From UHGV virus genome UHGV-1363914: a stretch of DNA of 40,153 bases; one strand, 5' to 3'. The notes under the pieces are model-generated. The model was not told the origin of the DNA and searched no databases. It saw only the letters and a program-made list of their open reading frames with translations. The position numbers and the translations under genes were made by a program. The stretch's first letter is position 1. The number at the start of each line of letters is the position of its first letter. This document shows positions 1 to 7,352 of the stretch, in pieces. This DNA is from a virus.

Positions 1-129
1 TTTTATAAAAGAAAATATTTAATAAACAGTCTGGCCAGACAGTTATTATAAAAAATTTATGTCCGGAAGAAGTTTAAAATTTTTGCCGGACAAGTATTTA
101 TGAGTATTTAAAAATTTTAGAAGGTAACA

Positions 130-291
130 ATGGAAGCATTTGTAGAAAGAATGGTTGTTGAAAAAGATGAATTACAAGACAGAGTAACAAAATTAGAAAA
201 TTTTATAAATGGAGAAAAGTTTAAGGAATTAAAAGGTTTAGAACAAGCTTATTTAAAAGAACAATTAAGTTTTATGAGAGGCTATTTATAA
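130..291 (+). CDS. small coiled-coil phage protein (53 aa), hypothetical
   Basis: ATG at 130 preceded by a GAAGG-type RBS and a stop at 289-291. Not in the ORF track because it is shorter than 60 aa. The protein MEAFVERMVVEKDELQDRVTKLENF... is charged and amphipathic, resembling small coiled-coil proteins seen next to phage lysis genes. Confidence 0.4.
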   Translation: MEAFVERMVVEKDELQDRVTKLENFINGEKFKELKGLEQAYLKEQLSFMRGYL

Positions 292-343
292 GTGTATTAA
301 GACAAAGAATTAATTTTTATAACAAATAACAGGAGGTTTAAAA

Positions 344-724
344 ATGAAAGATTTAATTAATCAAGTGGTAGGATATTTGGCAGGTTTTAGTGTAGAACAA
401 TGGATATGGATAGCAGGAGCAGGAGCAATTTTAATTTATCTTATTTACAACAGAAAACAGTATGTAAATTTATTTAGACAATCAGTAATTTTTGCAGAAG
501 AAAGTTTTAATCACGGGGAAAATAGAAAAAAACTAGAAGCAGCAGTAAATTTTATTCTATTTAGAACTTCAAGTTTACCTTGGGTAGCAAGAATTATAAT
601 TATAAAATTTATCAGTAGAAAAAGAATGATAGATATTATAGAAAAGACATTGCAAAAGTTTTCTGATATCTTCGCAGCTGGCCATAAGGTAGATATAAAA
701 GGTAATGAAGATGGAGAAAACTAA
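344..724 (+). CDS. holin, LL-H family-like (N-terminal TM helix)
   Basis: Strong RBS AGGAGG 8 nt upstream. The N-terminus has one hydrophobic helix (GFSVEQWIWIAGAGAILIYLIY), followed by a GENRKKLEAAVNFI segment that matches the Holin_LLH pattern. It sits in the lysis cassette. Confidence 0.55.
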   Translation: MKDLINQVVGYLAGFSVEQWIWIAGAGAILIYLIYNRKQYVNLFRQSVIFAEESFNHGENRKKLEAAVNFILFRTSSLPWVARIIIIKFISRKRMIDIIEKTLQKFSDIFAAGHKVDIKGNEDGEN

Positions 725-1163
725 ATTAAAATTAGAGTTTATTTCAAACAAAAAAGCGGTTTTACTCCAAGATTATATCTACTCTATTAATGGTTATGAT
801 ATTAAGGTATTTAGAGGTTTCATCACTGATGGAGCCTCTGTACCTAAATCTTTACGATGGTTATATAATCCTTATGGCAAATACATTAATGCAGCAGTTA
901 TCCACGATTATTTGTATTCAATATACAATAATACTGGTATAAATAGAACTCTTGCTGATAAGATATTTAACTTTATTATGAAAGAAACAGGAGTAGATAA
1001 CAGGACTAGAAGAAAATTTTATATAGCAGTTAAGTATTTTGGTGAAACATCTTGGAAGTCTAAATTGAAAAATGAGGGGTACAAGGATAGAGCTGCTATA
1101 GATAGGACCAAAGAAGCCAGAGAGTATTATAACCATTGGTATAAAGTATTAGGGATTAGGTGA
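705..1163 (+). CDS. DUF1353-family phage protein
   Basis: The motif FITDGASVP ... AAVIHDYLY matches the DUF1353 signature (TDGASIP / HD.LY). It overlaps the holin stop, suggesting translational coupling. The start could instead be the ATG at 711. Confidence 0.55.
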   Translation: MKMEKTKLKLEFISNKKAVLLQDYIYSINGYDIKVFRGFITDGASVPKSLRWLYNPYGKYINAAVIHDYLYSIYNNTGINRTLADKIFNFIMKETGVDNRTRRKFYIAVKYFGETSWKSKLKNEGYKDRAAIDRTKEAREYYNHWYKVLGIR

Positions 1164-1167
1164 TATT

Positions 1168-1356
1168 ATGGAAAAAACTTTACTGGAATATGGCGTATTA
1201 GGGGCTATTTTACTGTATTTTCTATGGAAAGATAGTAAGACATTTGAAATTTATAGAACTACTATGCAGAAGATAGTAGACCAGTTGGAAGCAATGCAAA
1301 AGGACCAATCAGAATTAAAAAAAGATATGGAGGAGATTAAAAAAATCATAAAGTAA
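1168..1356 (+). CDS. small membrane protein (N-terminal TM helix plus C-terminal coiled coil), putative lysis accessory
   Basis: The 62-aa protein has a hydrophobic stretch LLEYGVLGAILLYFLW followed by a charged coiled-coil tail. It is the last gene before a strong terminator and sits in the lysis cassette. Confidence 0.45.
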   Translation: MEKTLLEYGVLGAILLYFLWKDSKTFEIYRTTMQKIVDQLEAMQKDQSELKKDMEEIKKIIK

Positions 1357-1357
1357 T

Positions 1358-1391
1358 GGGGTAGGATTTTGTCCTGCCCCTTCTTTTTTTT
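1358..1391 (+). terminator. rho-independent terminator ending the lysis operon
   Basis: Stem GGGGTAGGA / TCCTGCCCC (9 bp, one G-U pair) with loop TTTTG, followed by TTCTTTTTTTT. Confidence 0.6.
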
Positions 1392-1631
1392 ATTTGTTAA
1401 ACTTATGATTTTATGAAGTGTTTAGATGTATTAAAAAAAATTTAAAAAACCATAAAATTAAGATGATTTTATAAAAAATAAATATAAAAATATTATGATA
1501 AATATAAGAAAATAAATAGTATAAACTTCAAAGGTGTAGAATTAGTTTAATTACTAATCTATGTTTAAACTAATAATACCAATGACTTTTAAAAGCGTTG
1601 GGCTTAAAATGGACTTAAAAAATTTAAATGT

Positions 1632-1660
1632 AAAAGACGGTTTTATATGCCGTCTTTTTT
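1632..1660. terminator. bidirectional hairpin terminator at the end of the repressor operon
   Basis: Stem AAAAGACGG / CCGTCTTTT (9 bp) with a 9-nt loop and T-runs on both strands. The loop contains the stop codon of the minus-strand ImmA-like gene. Confidence 0.5.
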
Positions 1661-2005
1661 GTTCAACACAGATATCATATATTCGTGTGATTCTGAGTAT
1701 AAATGTGAATATATGTTTAAGGTTGTTTCTATTTTCTCATGCCCTAAAGTGAATCTAATTCTTTTCTTTCTTTGGGTATTGTAGAAAATGATATAGTTTT
1801 CTCCATCATACACTGTAAATCCATCTAAAGAAACCTTAGCTTGCTCATCAAAATCAGTATATTCATAAAGAATTATATTCAATTCTTCTTTTAAACTGTC
1901 TATAAGTAAATATATATCACCCTTAGACATTTCTACTTTTGGATTTGAAATAAAGTCTGATATTATACTGTAAAGTTCTTTATAATTAACCAAAATAAAA
2001 TACAC
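1643..2005 (-). CDS. ImmA/IrrE-like (DUF955-like) protein, truncated or degenerate: no intact HEXXH
   Basis: It lies immediately downstream of the XRE repressor on the same strand, the classic immR-immA arrangement. The motif IIFYNTQRKKRIRFTLGHE resembles the ImmA consensus (I.IN....RQRFT.AHELGH), but the second His and the C-terminal half are absent. The start is uncertain (GTG at 2005 or the internal TTG). Confidence 0.4.
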   Translation of the reverse strand: MYFILVNYKELYSIISDFISNPKVEMSKGDIYLLIDSLKEELNIILYEYTDFDEQAKVSLDGFTVYDGENYIIFYNTQRKKRIRFTLGHEKIETTLNIYSHLYSESHEYMISVLNKKDGI

Positions 2006-2007
2006 CT

Positions 2008-2322
2008 CTACTTTTTCTTAAAACTTAATACAATTTTTTTAATAGTTTCCTGAGTAGAAGAATCTAAATTTTCTATTTCTCTCGCAAGCATCCTTACTTC
2101 ATCATTATCTTCTCCATTATAAAGAAAATCTAATGACACTCCAAAATAAGCTGCAACTCTCTGTACTTTATCTATAGAAGGTATTGAACTTGACCAATTT
2201 CTTAGTGTTCCATTACCTAAATCTGCCCTCCTTTCCAGTTCTGCTCTTGTAATTTCTTTTTTCTTTAGTAGGTCATCGATTCTTCTTAAAATATTTTTTC
2301 CTACATCTTTTCTGTTTTTCAT
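2008..2322 (-). CDS. XRE-family HTH repressor (cI-like), 105 aa
   Basis: The HTH reads ITRAELERRADLGNGTLRNW. GGAGG lies 7 nt upstream of the ATG at 2322. The longer track ORF (to 2478) would read through a consensus promoter and looks non-coding. The gene is divergent from the cro-like gene. Confidence 0.7.
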   Translation of the reverse strand: MKNRKDVGKNILRRIDDLLKKKEITRAELERRADLGNGTLRNWSSSIPSIDKVQRVAAYFGVSLDFLYNGEDNDEVRMLAREIENLDSSTQETIKKIVLSFKKK

Positions 2323-2382
2323 TAATAATCCTCCACAAAGTATTGGATTTCCTTTACTTTTATTAATGTTAAAAAAAAAACA

Positions 2383-2411
2383 TTGACAAATGTTAGGTTT
2401 AGCATTATAAT
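2383..2411 (+). promoter_or_regulatory. near-consensus sigma70-type promoter TTGACA-17-TATAAT
   Basis: TTGACA at about 2383, a 17-nt spacer, then TATAAT, lying in the cI/cro intergenic region. A TTAGCAT motif abuts it. It is rightward-facing. Confidence 0.4.
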
Positions 2412-2560
2412 AAGCATATGAATTTATTAGGAACTCCTTAATGTAAATAATCAGACGCTGAATATTAAATGCTACCATCTATCTTTATTGGTAGACTAGA
2501 TATATCGTTTAAAAATAAAAAATATTTGGAGTTTAGAATAAGTATTTTTTATTGTGCTTA

Positions 2561-2587
2561 CATATTAGCATATTTAGCATATTTAGC
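2561..2587. repeat. three tandem 9-bp repeats CATATTAGC / ATATTTAGC / ATATTTAGC: candidate operator sites
   Basis: The repeats are read directly from the sequence. The same TTAGCAT core recurs near 2398 and 2417. They lie between the divergent repressor and cro-like genes. Confidence 0.45.
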
Positions 2588-2676
2588 ATTTTTTGTCAAT
2601 ATATTTGCTAAGAATTTATAGCATAAAAAATGTAAAATTTACTTTTTACAATCTAATATGAAAAAAGGAGGTATAT

Positions 2677-2865
2677 ATGACAAGATTAGATTTTGAAATG
2701 GAGGTAAAAAGAGTATTAAGAGAAAAAGGTATCACTCAAGCAGAATTATCAAGACTACTTGGAATAAAACCATCTTATTGCTCTGACATAATTAGAGGAA
2801 ACAGAAATGGAGGAGATGTTAAGAAAAAAATGATTAAATTCCTTGGAATTAAGGAGGTTTTATGA
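2677..2865 (+). CDS. Cro-like small HTH regulator (62 aa)
   Basis: AAGGAGG RBS. The HTH reads ITQAELSRLLGIKPSYCSDII. It is divergent from the repressor. Confidence 0.65.
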   Translation: MTRLDFEMEVKRVLREKGITQAELSRLLGIKPSYCSDIIRGNRNGGDVKKKMIKFLGIKEVL

Positions 2866-3596
2866 CTGAACTAAGATTAAAAAATCAAATAACAAGTTTG
2901 GAATTACTGGATCAAGTAAATCTTTTTAGAAAAGAAGAGTATAAGGAAAAGTTAAAAAATAATACTCTTACGCAAGCTGAAAAGAATAGAGGAAAGTTTG
3001 TTAAATTAGAACATAAAACATTATTAGAAATAATAAGAGATGAATTTTCAGTAGAAATAAGAGAGCAAAAAATTTTGCTGTCCTCTTACAAGAACTCTCA
3101 AAATAAGGAACAACCAATGTTCATCTTAACTCTTAATCAAGCTAAACAAGTTTTATTGAGAGAAAGTAAATTTGTTAGAAGAGCGATTATATCTTATATA
3201 GAAGTATTGGAACAAGCAATTTTAGATAAAACTAAGAGTGAGTGGCTACTAACAAGACAACAAGGAAAGTTGGTAAGAAGAGAAGAAACTGATGCTATTC
3301 AAGTATTAATAGAATATGCAAAGAAACAAGGAAGTCAACATTCAGAAAAACTATATATGACTTATAGTAAGTTAGTTAATTCTTTGATAGGGATAAAAGC
3401 AAATTCAAGGGATAAGGTCGATTTTGGAATATTGATGGTAATAAGACAATTAGAAGATATGTTTACAAAACTAATAACAAGTTCTATGGAAAATAAAATA
3501 CATTATAAAGAAATTTATAAGATCTGCAAAAATCAAGGTAGTCAATTTATAGAAATTGTTAATGGGAATGTGAAAAGCTTAGGATATGTAAATTAA
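2862..3596 (+). CDS. Rha-family phage regulatory protein / antirepressor-like
   Basis: The N-terminus (ITSLELLDQVNLFRK...KLEHKTLLEIIRDEF) resembles Phage_pRha. ATGA overlap with the cro-like stop. Confidence 0.5.
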   Translation: MTELRLKNQITSLELLDQVNLFRKEEYKEKLKNNTLTQAEKNRGKFVKLEHKTLLEIIRDEFSVEIREQKILLSSYKNSQNKEQPMFILTLNQAKQVLLRESKFVRRAIISYIEVLEQAILDKTKSEWLLTRQQGKLVRREETDAIQVLIEYAKKQGSQHSEKLYMTYSKLVNSLIGIKANSRDKVDFGILMVIRQLEDMFTKLITSSMENKIHYKEIYKICKNQGSQFIEIVNGNVKSLGYVN

Positions 3597-3607
3597 AAGG
3601 AGAGAAT

Positions 3608-3742
3608 ATGGAAGATTTATATTTCAAAAATCATGAAGCAAGATTAATATTTGGGCTTGCAGAACTTGAGGGTAAGGCTCAACTAGATTTACTAGGGATA
3701 GATTTGGAACACTATTCTAATAAGGAATTGGCTAAGAGTTAG
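3608..3742 (+). CDS. small hypothetical protein (44 aa)
   Basis: AAAGGAGAG RBS then ATG at 3608. The only support is the ORF plus its RBS. Confidence 0.3.
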   Translation: MEDLYFKNHEARLIFGLAELEGKAQLDLLGIDLEHYSNKELAKS

Positions 3743-3851
3743 TACTCAGAAACAAAGAGAAAAATAGTTAATAGCAGTCATCCAAGGTTAGAAATAGCCT
3801 TAGTAAACTTGGAAAAACTTTATAAAGGGATGAGATAGAAGAGGTGTAAAA

Positions 3852-4121
3852 ATGAGAAAAATAGAAACTATACAAGATAAATTTAAAATATTTGAACATA
3901 AGGTAAGTAGACCAGTGGTGTATAGAGAAATCTACGGAATTAATCAACTTAGTGCATTTGGTAGAGATAGCTCATATTCATCTTGGGATTTTGTTGGAAC
4001 TAGCAGAGAAGTTAATGAATATGAAAAAAGATGGTGCAGCAGAGGCTCAAATGGTTTTGATTTTATAGGAGTGGAAATTATAAAAGGTTTTCAAGGACAA
4101 ACTAATTATTACGGGAAATAA
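3852..4121 (+). CDS. hypothetical early protein (89 aa)
   Basis: ORF with a GAGGTG RBS. No recognisable motif. Confidence 0.5.
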   Translation: MRKIETIQDKFKIFEHKVSRPVVYREIYGINQLSAFGRDSSYSSWDFVGTSREVNEYEKRWCSRGSNGFDFIGVEIIKGFQGQTNYYGK

Positions 4122-4131
4122 GGAGTGAAAA

Positions 4132-4254
4132 ATGAACTGTAAAACTTTTAAAAAATGGGTAAATATAATAGCTTTTCCAGCAGGAATTAAGCTAGTTGAT
4201 GCAGTTGAAATTATTGAGAAGTACATAGAAATGGAGGCTAATAATGGGAAATGA
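4132..4254 (+). CDS. small hypothetical protein (40 aa)
   Basis: AGGAGTG RBS 5 nt upstream of the ATG. A short ORF, not in the track. Confidence 0.25.
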   Translation: MNCKTFKKWVNIIAFPAGIKLVDAVEIIEKYIEMEANNGK

Positions 4255-4374
4255 TGATTTCAAAAAAGCCAGTGTAATGAAGGTTGTTAAATTTAAGGTT
4301 AAGTGGTTATTAAAACTAATTTTGTACTGCATAAATAGACCAATAGAAATTTTATTAGAATGGGCGTGATGTAT

Positions 4375-4599
4375 ATGACTGAGTTTGCAGATGTAAATAG
4401 AGTAATTGAATTATTAGGTTGTAGTCAAGCAATGGCATATAAAGCTATTAGGACACTTAATTCTGAACTTAAAGAAAAAGGTTTTTTAACTATACAAGGG
4501 AAGGTGAATGAAAATTATTTGAGAGAAAGATATGGTTTAGAAAAAAGAAAAACATCTGTTGACAGCGACCAAACTAAAACAGATGTTCAAAACAAATAG
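4375..4599 (+). CDS. small HTH DNA-binding protein (excisionase/HTH_17-like)
   Basis: The protein is TEFADVNRVIELLGCSQAMAYKAIRTLNSELKEKGFLTIQGKVNENYLRERYGL. The helix-turn-helix followed by a 'GkV....L....GL' tail is typical of MerR/Xis-like small phage regulators. The start could be 4360. Confidence 0.45.
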   Translation: MTEFADVNRVIELLGCSQAMAYKAIRTLNSELKEKGFLTIQGKVNENYLRERYGLEKRKTSVDSDQTKTDVQNK

Positions 4600-4630
4600 G
4601 GTAGGTAAACCCTTACTTACCCTTGATTTT
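4599..4630 (+). terminator. putative hairpin terminator
   Basis: Stem GGGTAGGTAA / TTACTTACCC (10 bp, one G-U pair) with loop ACCC, then TTGATTTT. Confidence 0.35.
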
Positions 4631-4665
4631 ACTACAAATAATAAAAAATATCAAGGAGGAATTTT

Positions 4666-5007
4666 ATGTTAAAAGCCAAATTTATAGACAAAATATTAGA
4701 AGTTATGCAAGAAGAAGCCCATAAAATTTGGATAGATAATAAAGAAGTTACTGTTTGCTTTAAGGATTCAAAAGATGTAGATGGTAATGCTGAAATACTT
4801 AAACATATCTATACTCTACAACTTAATAAGGTTGTTGGAGAGTACAGAATTTGTATAGATTATGAGTTTAAAAATATAGAAATTCATAAAGGAACTAAGT
4901 TTGTATGTTTAAGAGGTTTTGGAAAATATGGAGTAACAGGAATCTGGACGATGATTTTAGAAGAAATTGAAAAAGATAAGGTGAAAAATAATGAAAATAA
5001 GAGTTAA
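4666..5007 (+). CDS. hypothetical early protein (113 aa)
   Basis: ORF with an AGGAGG RBS. Confidence 0.5.
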   Translation: MLKAKFIDKILEVMQEEAHKIWIDNKEVTVCFKDSKDVDGNAEILKHIYTLQLNKVVGEYRICIDYEFKNIEIHKGTKFVCLRGFGKYGVTGIWTMILEEIEKDKVKNNENKS

Positions 5008-5290
5008 TCAGTTTTATAAGAATGTTGAATGTCCTCGTGAATTTGTTTGTGCTCATTGTGGAGCTCATGTCTATGTTATAGATCCAAAAGATAAAAGAGT
5101 AAAATACTGCTCTTCTGCTTGTGAAAAACAGTACTGGAGAGATAAATCTAAACAAAATGCAGCTTACAAAAAAAGAAGTCGTGAAAAAGTCCTTGGACTT
5201 AGAAATTACAGTGCAAAAGGTATGGCAATCAAGTTATATAAAGAAAAGAAAGAAGCTGAAGAAATGGATTGGAAGGAGAGAAAAGAATGA
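4991..5290 (+). CDS. zinc-ribbon protein (CxxC...CxxC)
   Basis: ECPREFVCAHCGAHVYVIDPKDKRVKYCSSACEKQY supplies four Cys in two CxxC pairs, followed by a lysine-rich tail. Confidence 0.5.
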   Translation: MKIRVNQFYKNVECPREFVCAHCGAHVYVIDPKDKRVKYCSSACEKQYWRDKSKQNAAYKKRSREKVLGLRNYSAKGMAIKLYKEKKEAEEMDWKERKE

Positions 5291-5514
5291 ATACACTATC
5301 TGATTTGAATACAAAGCTATTTGAACAGTTGAATAATTTAAGCAAAGAGAATATATCATCTGAAGAACTTGAAAAAGAAATAGCTAGAAGCGAATCCATG
5401 ATAAAGATAGCAAATGTAATTATAAGTAATGGTGATTTAGCTTTAAGAGCAGCAAAATTTAAAGATGATATGTTAAATGCTGATAATAAGCTACCAAAGA
5501 TGTTGGAAGGTTAA
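5287..5514 (+). CDS. hypothetical protein (75 aa)
   Basis: ATGA overlap with the upstream stop and a GGAGAG RBS. The track start at 5269 is less likely. Confidence 0.45.
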   Translation: MNTLSDLNTKLFEQLNNLSKENISSEELEKEIARSESMIKIANVIISNGDLALRAAKFKDDMLNADNKLPKMLEG

Positions 5515-5517
5515 AAA

Positions 5518-6123
5518 ATGAAAAGAAAATATACAGATGATATTATAGATTTTTTAAGGGAAATTGCTCCTGGAAAAACCTATAAGGAAATAGCTGAAAT
5601 ATTTAATAAAAAATATGATTTAGGCATGACAGTTGACAAATTAAGTAGTTTACTAAGCCGAAAAAAGATTAATACTGGAACTTTAAGACGATTTAAAAAA
5701 AACTATATTCCTTGGAATAAAGGAAAGAAAGGGTATATGGGGGCTAACAAGACATCTTTTAAAAAAGACCACAAGCCTAAAAATTGGCTACCTGTTGGAA
5801 GTGAAAGAATTAATGATGAAGGTTATACACTAATAAAAGTTTCCAATGAAAACAGTATGTGGCAAAGATGGGCTCTGAAACATAGAGTAGTTTGGGAACA
5901 ATATCACAAAAAGAAGATTCCAAAAGGTGCTGTAATCATATTTGCGGATGGAGATAGAAGCAACTTAGACATAGATAATTTAATCTGTGTAACAAGAAAT
6001 GAATTGAAGGTTCTTAATAAATGCAGATTAATTAGTTCTGTTCCTGAGTTAACTAAGACAGGATTGAATATAGCTAAGATTAAAATTAAGTTGGCAGAAA
6101 TAAGAAAGGAGAAGAAATATTGA
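5518..6123 (+). CDS. HNH_3-like endonuclease-family protein with an N-terminal HTH; the catalytic His appears replaced
   Basis: HRVVWEQYHKKKIPKGAVIIFADGDRSNLDIDNLICVTRNE aligns to the HNH_3 consensus (HR.VwE...G.iP.G..vdHidGd..NN...NL...t..eN), but it has FA where the first His is expected. Confidence 0.45.
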   Translation: MKRKYTDDIIDFLREIAPGKTYKEIAEIFNKKYDLGMTVDKLSSLLSRKKINTGTLRRFKKNYIPWNKGKKGYMGANKTSFKKDHKPKNWLPVGSERINDEGYTLIKVSNENSMWQRWALKHRVVWEQYHKKKIPKGAVIIFADGDRSNLDIDNLICVTRNELKVLNKCRLISSVPELTKTGLNIAKIKIKLAEIRKEKKY

Positions 6124-6857
6124 ATATAAGAGAATATAATGCTCAAAATATGGGAAAACAAGTTTTAGTGCTACAAGAAAAAGAAATAAAAAGTTTAATG
6201 CACTTTTCTAGTATAGCTAAAAATCAAGAGTTAAATGGACTAATTATTTCTGGGAAATATGTTGGGGTTACAGATACTTACAGAATGGCAGTAATAAAAG
6301 ATACCAGAGAAGAATTACAAGGCTCAGATAAGATGATGATGTATTCAGCAGACGCATTAGAAGAACTAAAAAAGGCACACTCTATGGCAGTTCTAAACAA
6401 TGGGAAGTTAGCCATTCAAGTAGGTAGTGAAGTAACGGAGTATGAACCTGTAAACAGGGAAAGAGTACCCGACATTAAGGTATTTATTGAGGGTTATGAA
6501 TATGGAAGCCATACAAAAGCAAGATCGTTAAACAAGATTACGGATGATTTAGTTTGGAAAATGCTAAAGCTGATAGATAGTTCTGATGAAAAGAGATATT
6601 TCTCTTTTGAAGATGGAAAACTAATAGTAGAAGCATATCCAAATGGAAATTCTGTACTGCTGCTAGATGTTTTAGAACTAGACAATAAAGGATCTAAGTT
6701 AAAAACTACTCTAAATTTTAAATATATGGACTTATGGCTAAAGTATGTGAAAGATGAAAAATTTGATATTGCTTTAGCTAAAAATAATAGGAATGCTTGT
6801 CAGTTCAGAAAGGATAATCTATTTTATATAGTTATGCCTGTGGCATTAAGAGATTAA
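6120..6857 (+). CDS. DnaN-like sliding-clamp candidate (short, about 2 domains)
   Basis: The C-terminus (LNFKYMDLWLKYVKDEKFDIALAKNNRNACQFRKDNLFYIVMPVAL) matches the beta-clamp C-terminal consensus (FNakYLlDvLkal...v.l.l.....p......yvvMPmrl). Confidence 0.4.
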   Translation: MNIREYNAQNMGKQVLVLQEKEIKSLMHFSSIAKNQELNGLIISGKYVGVTDTYRMAVIKDTREELQGSDKMMMYSADALEELKKAHSMAVLNNGKLAIQVGSEVTEYEPVNRERVPDIKVFIEGYEYGSHTKARSLNKITDDLVWKMLKLIDSSDEKRYFSFEDGKLIVEAYPNGNSVLLLDVLELDNKGSKLKTTLNFKYMDLWLKYVKDEKFDIALAKNNRNACQFRKDNLFYIVMPVALRD

Positions 6858-6862
6858 AGGAG

Positions 6863-7189
6863 TTGATAGAAATGACTAAAATAGAAGAAGTACTGGAATA
6901 CTTAAGATGTAATACTTATGCAACGAATAAAGAAATAGCTGAAGATTTAAAAATGGGAGAGGGAGTTGTTAAAACATATTTAAATAGATTAAAAAATAAA
7001 GGATATTTAGAAAAAGTAGGTTCTGAATACAAGGTTTTAAAAGAAATGCCTGTTAACAAATCTAGCTATAAACAAGAAATTATAAAAGAAATGTTAGAAG
7101 TTTATATGGATGATTTTAGAGAAATTAAGGTAATCAATGAAAAGATTAGAGTTGGGGAACTTATTATAAGACTTGTAGATAAATTGTAG
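6863..7189 (+). CDS. winged-helix DNA-binding protein (DeoR/TrmB-like HTH)
   Basis: VLEYLRCNTYATNKEIAEDLKMGEGVVKTYLNRLKNKGYLEKV is a wHTH pattern. Confidence 0.45.
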   Translation: MIEMTKIEEVLEYLRCNTYATNKEIAEDLKMGEGVVKTYLNRLKNKGYLEKVGSEYKVLKEMPVNKSSYKQEIIKEMLEVYMDDFREIKVINEKIRVGELIIRLVDKL

Positions 7190-7198
7190 GAGGACTAA

Positions 7199-7303
7199 AT
7201 GACAAAATTTTTAATAAATGGAATTTGGTATGAATTGGTGTTAGAAGATAATGGTATAGCAGTTTTACAAGATATGTATGACAGACAAACATACAACTTT
7301 TAA
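7199..7303 (+). CDS. small hypothetical protein (34 aa)
   Basis: AGGAGG RBS 5 nt upstream of the ATG at 7199, with a stop at 7301-7303. Confidence 0.35.
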   Translation: MTKFLINGIWYELVLEDNGIAVLQDMYDRQTYNF

Positions 7304-7352
7304 ATATAAAGTACCACAAATTTTAAAAAATTGCAAATAGGAGGATAAATAA

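Noticed and set aside
918-1136. The many minus-strand ORFs in the track embedded inside strong plus-strand genes (918-1136, 4895-5155, 5904-6161, 6494-6685, 7265-7510, 7795-8010, 8647-8934, 9150-9377, 9428-9637, 9772-10071, 10111-10560, 13499-13924, 19412-19675, 21793-22122, 22586-22837, 23548-23970, 28316-28597, 29717-30079, 30809-31120, 31130-31507, 32582-32965, 34436-34717, 38141-38326, 38397-38588, 39830-40024)
   Set aside because: All are antisense to well-supported phage genes, have low-complexity S/F/L-rich translations and lack RBSs. They are typical shadow ORFs of AT-rich coding DNA.
1561-1752. Plus-strand ORF of 63 aa
   Set aside because: It spans the bidirectional terminator hairpin at 1632-1660, has no RBS and has an odd composition. 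The region is the 3' end of the minus-strand repressor operon.
2323-2478. N-terminal extension of the repressor ORF (156-aa version)
   Set aside because: The extension contains a consensus TTGACA-17-TATAAT promoter and has Cys/Phe-rich, non-protein-like composition. A GGAGG RBS precedes the internal ATG at 2322.
5121-5303. Overlapping plus-strand ORF of 60 aa
   Set aside because: It is an alternative frame inside the Zn-ribbon gene, and no independent RBS supports it.
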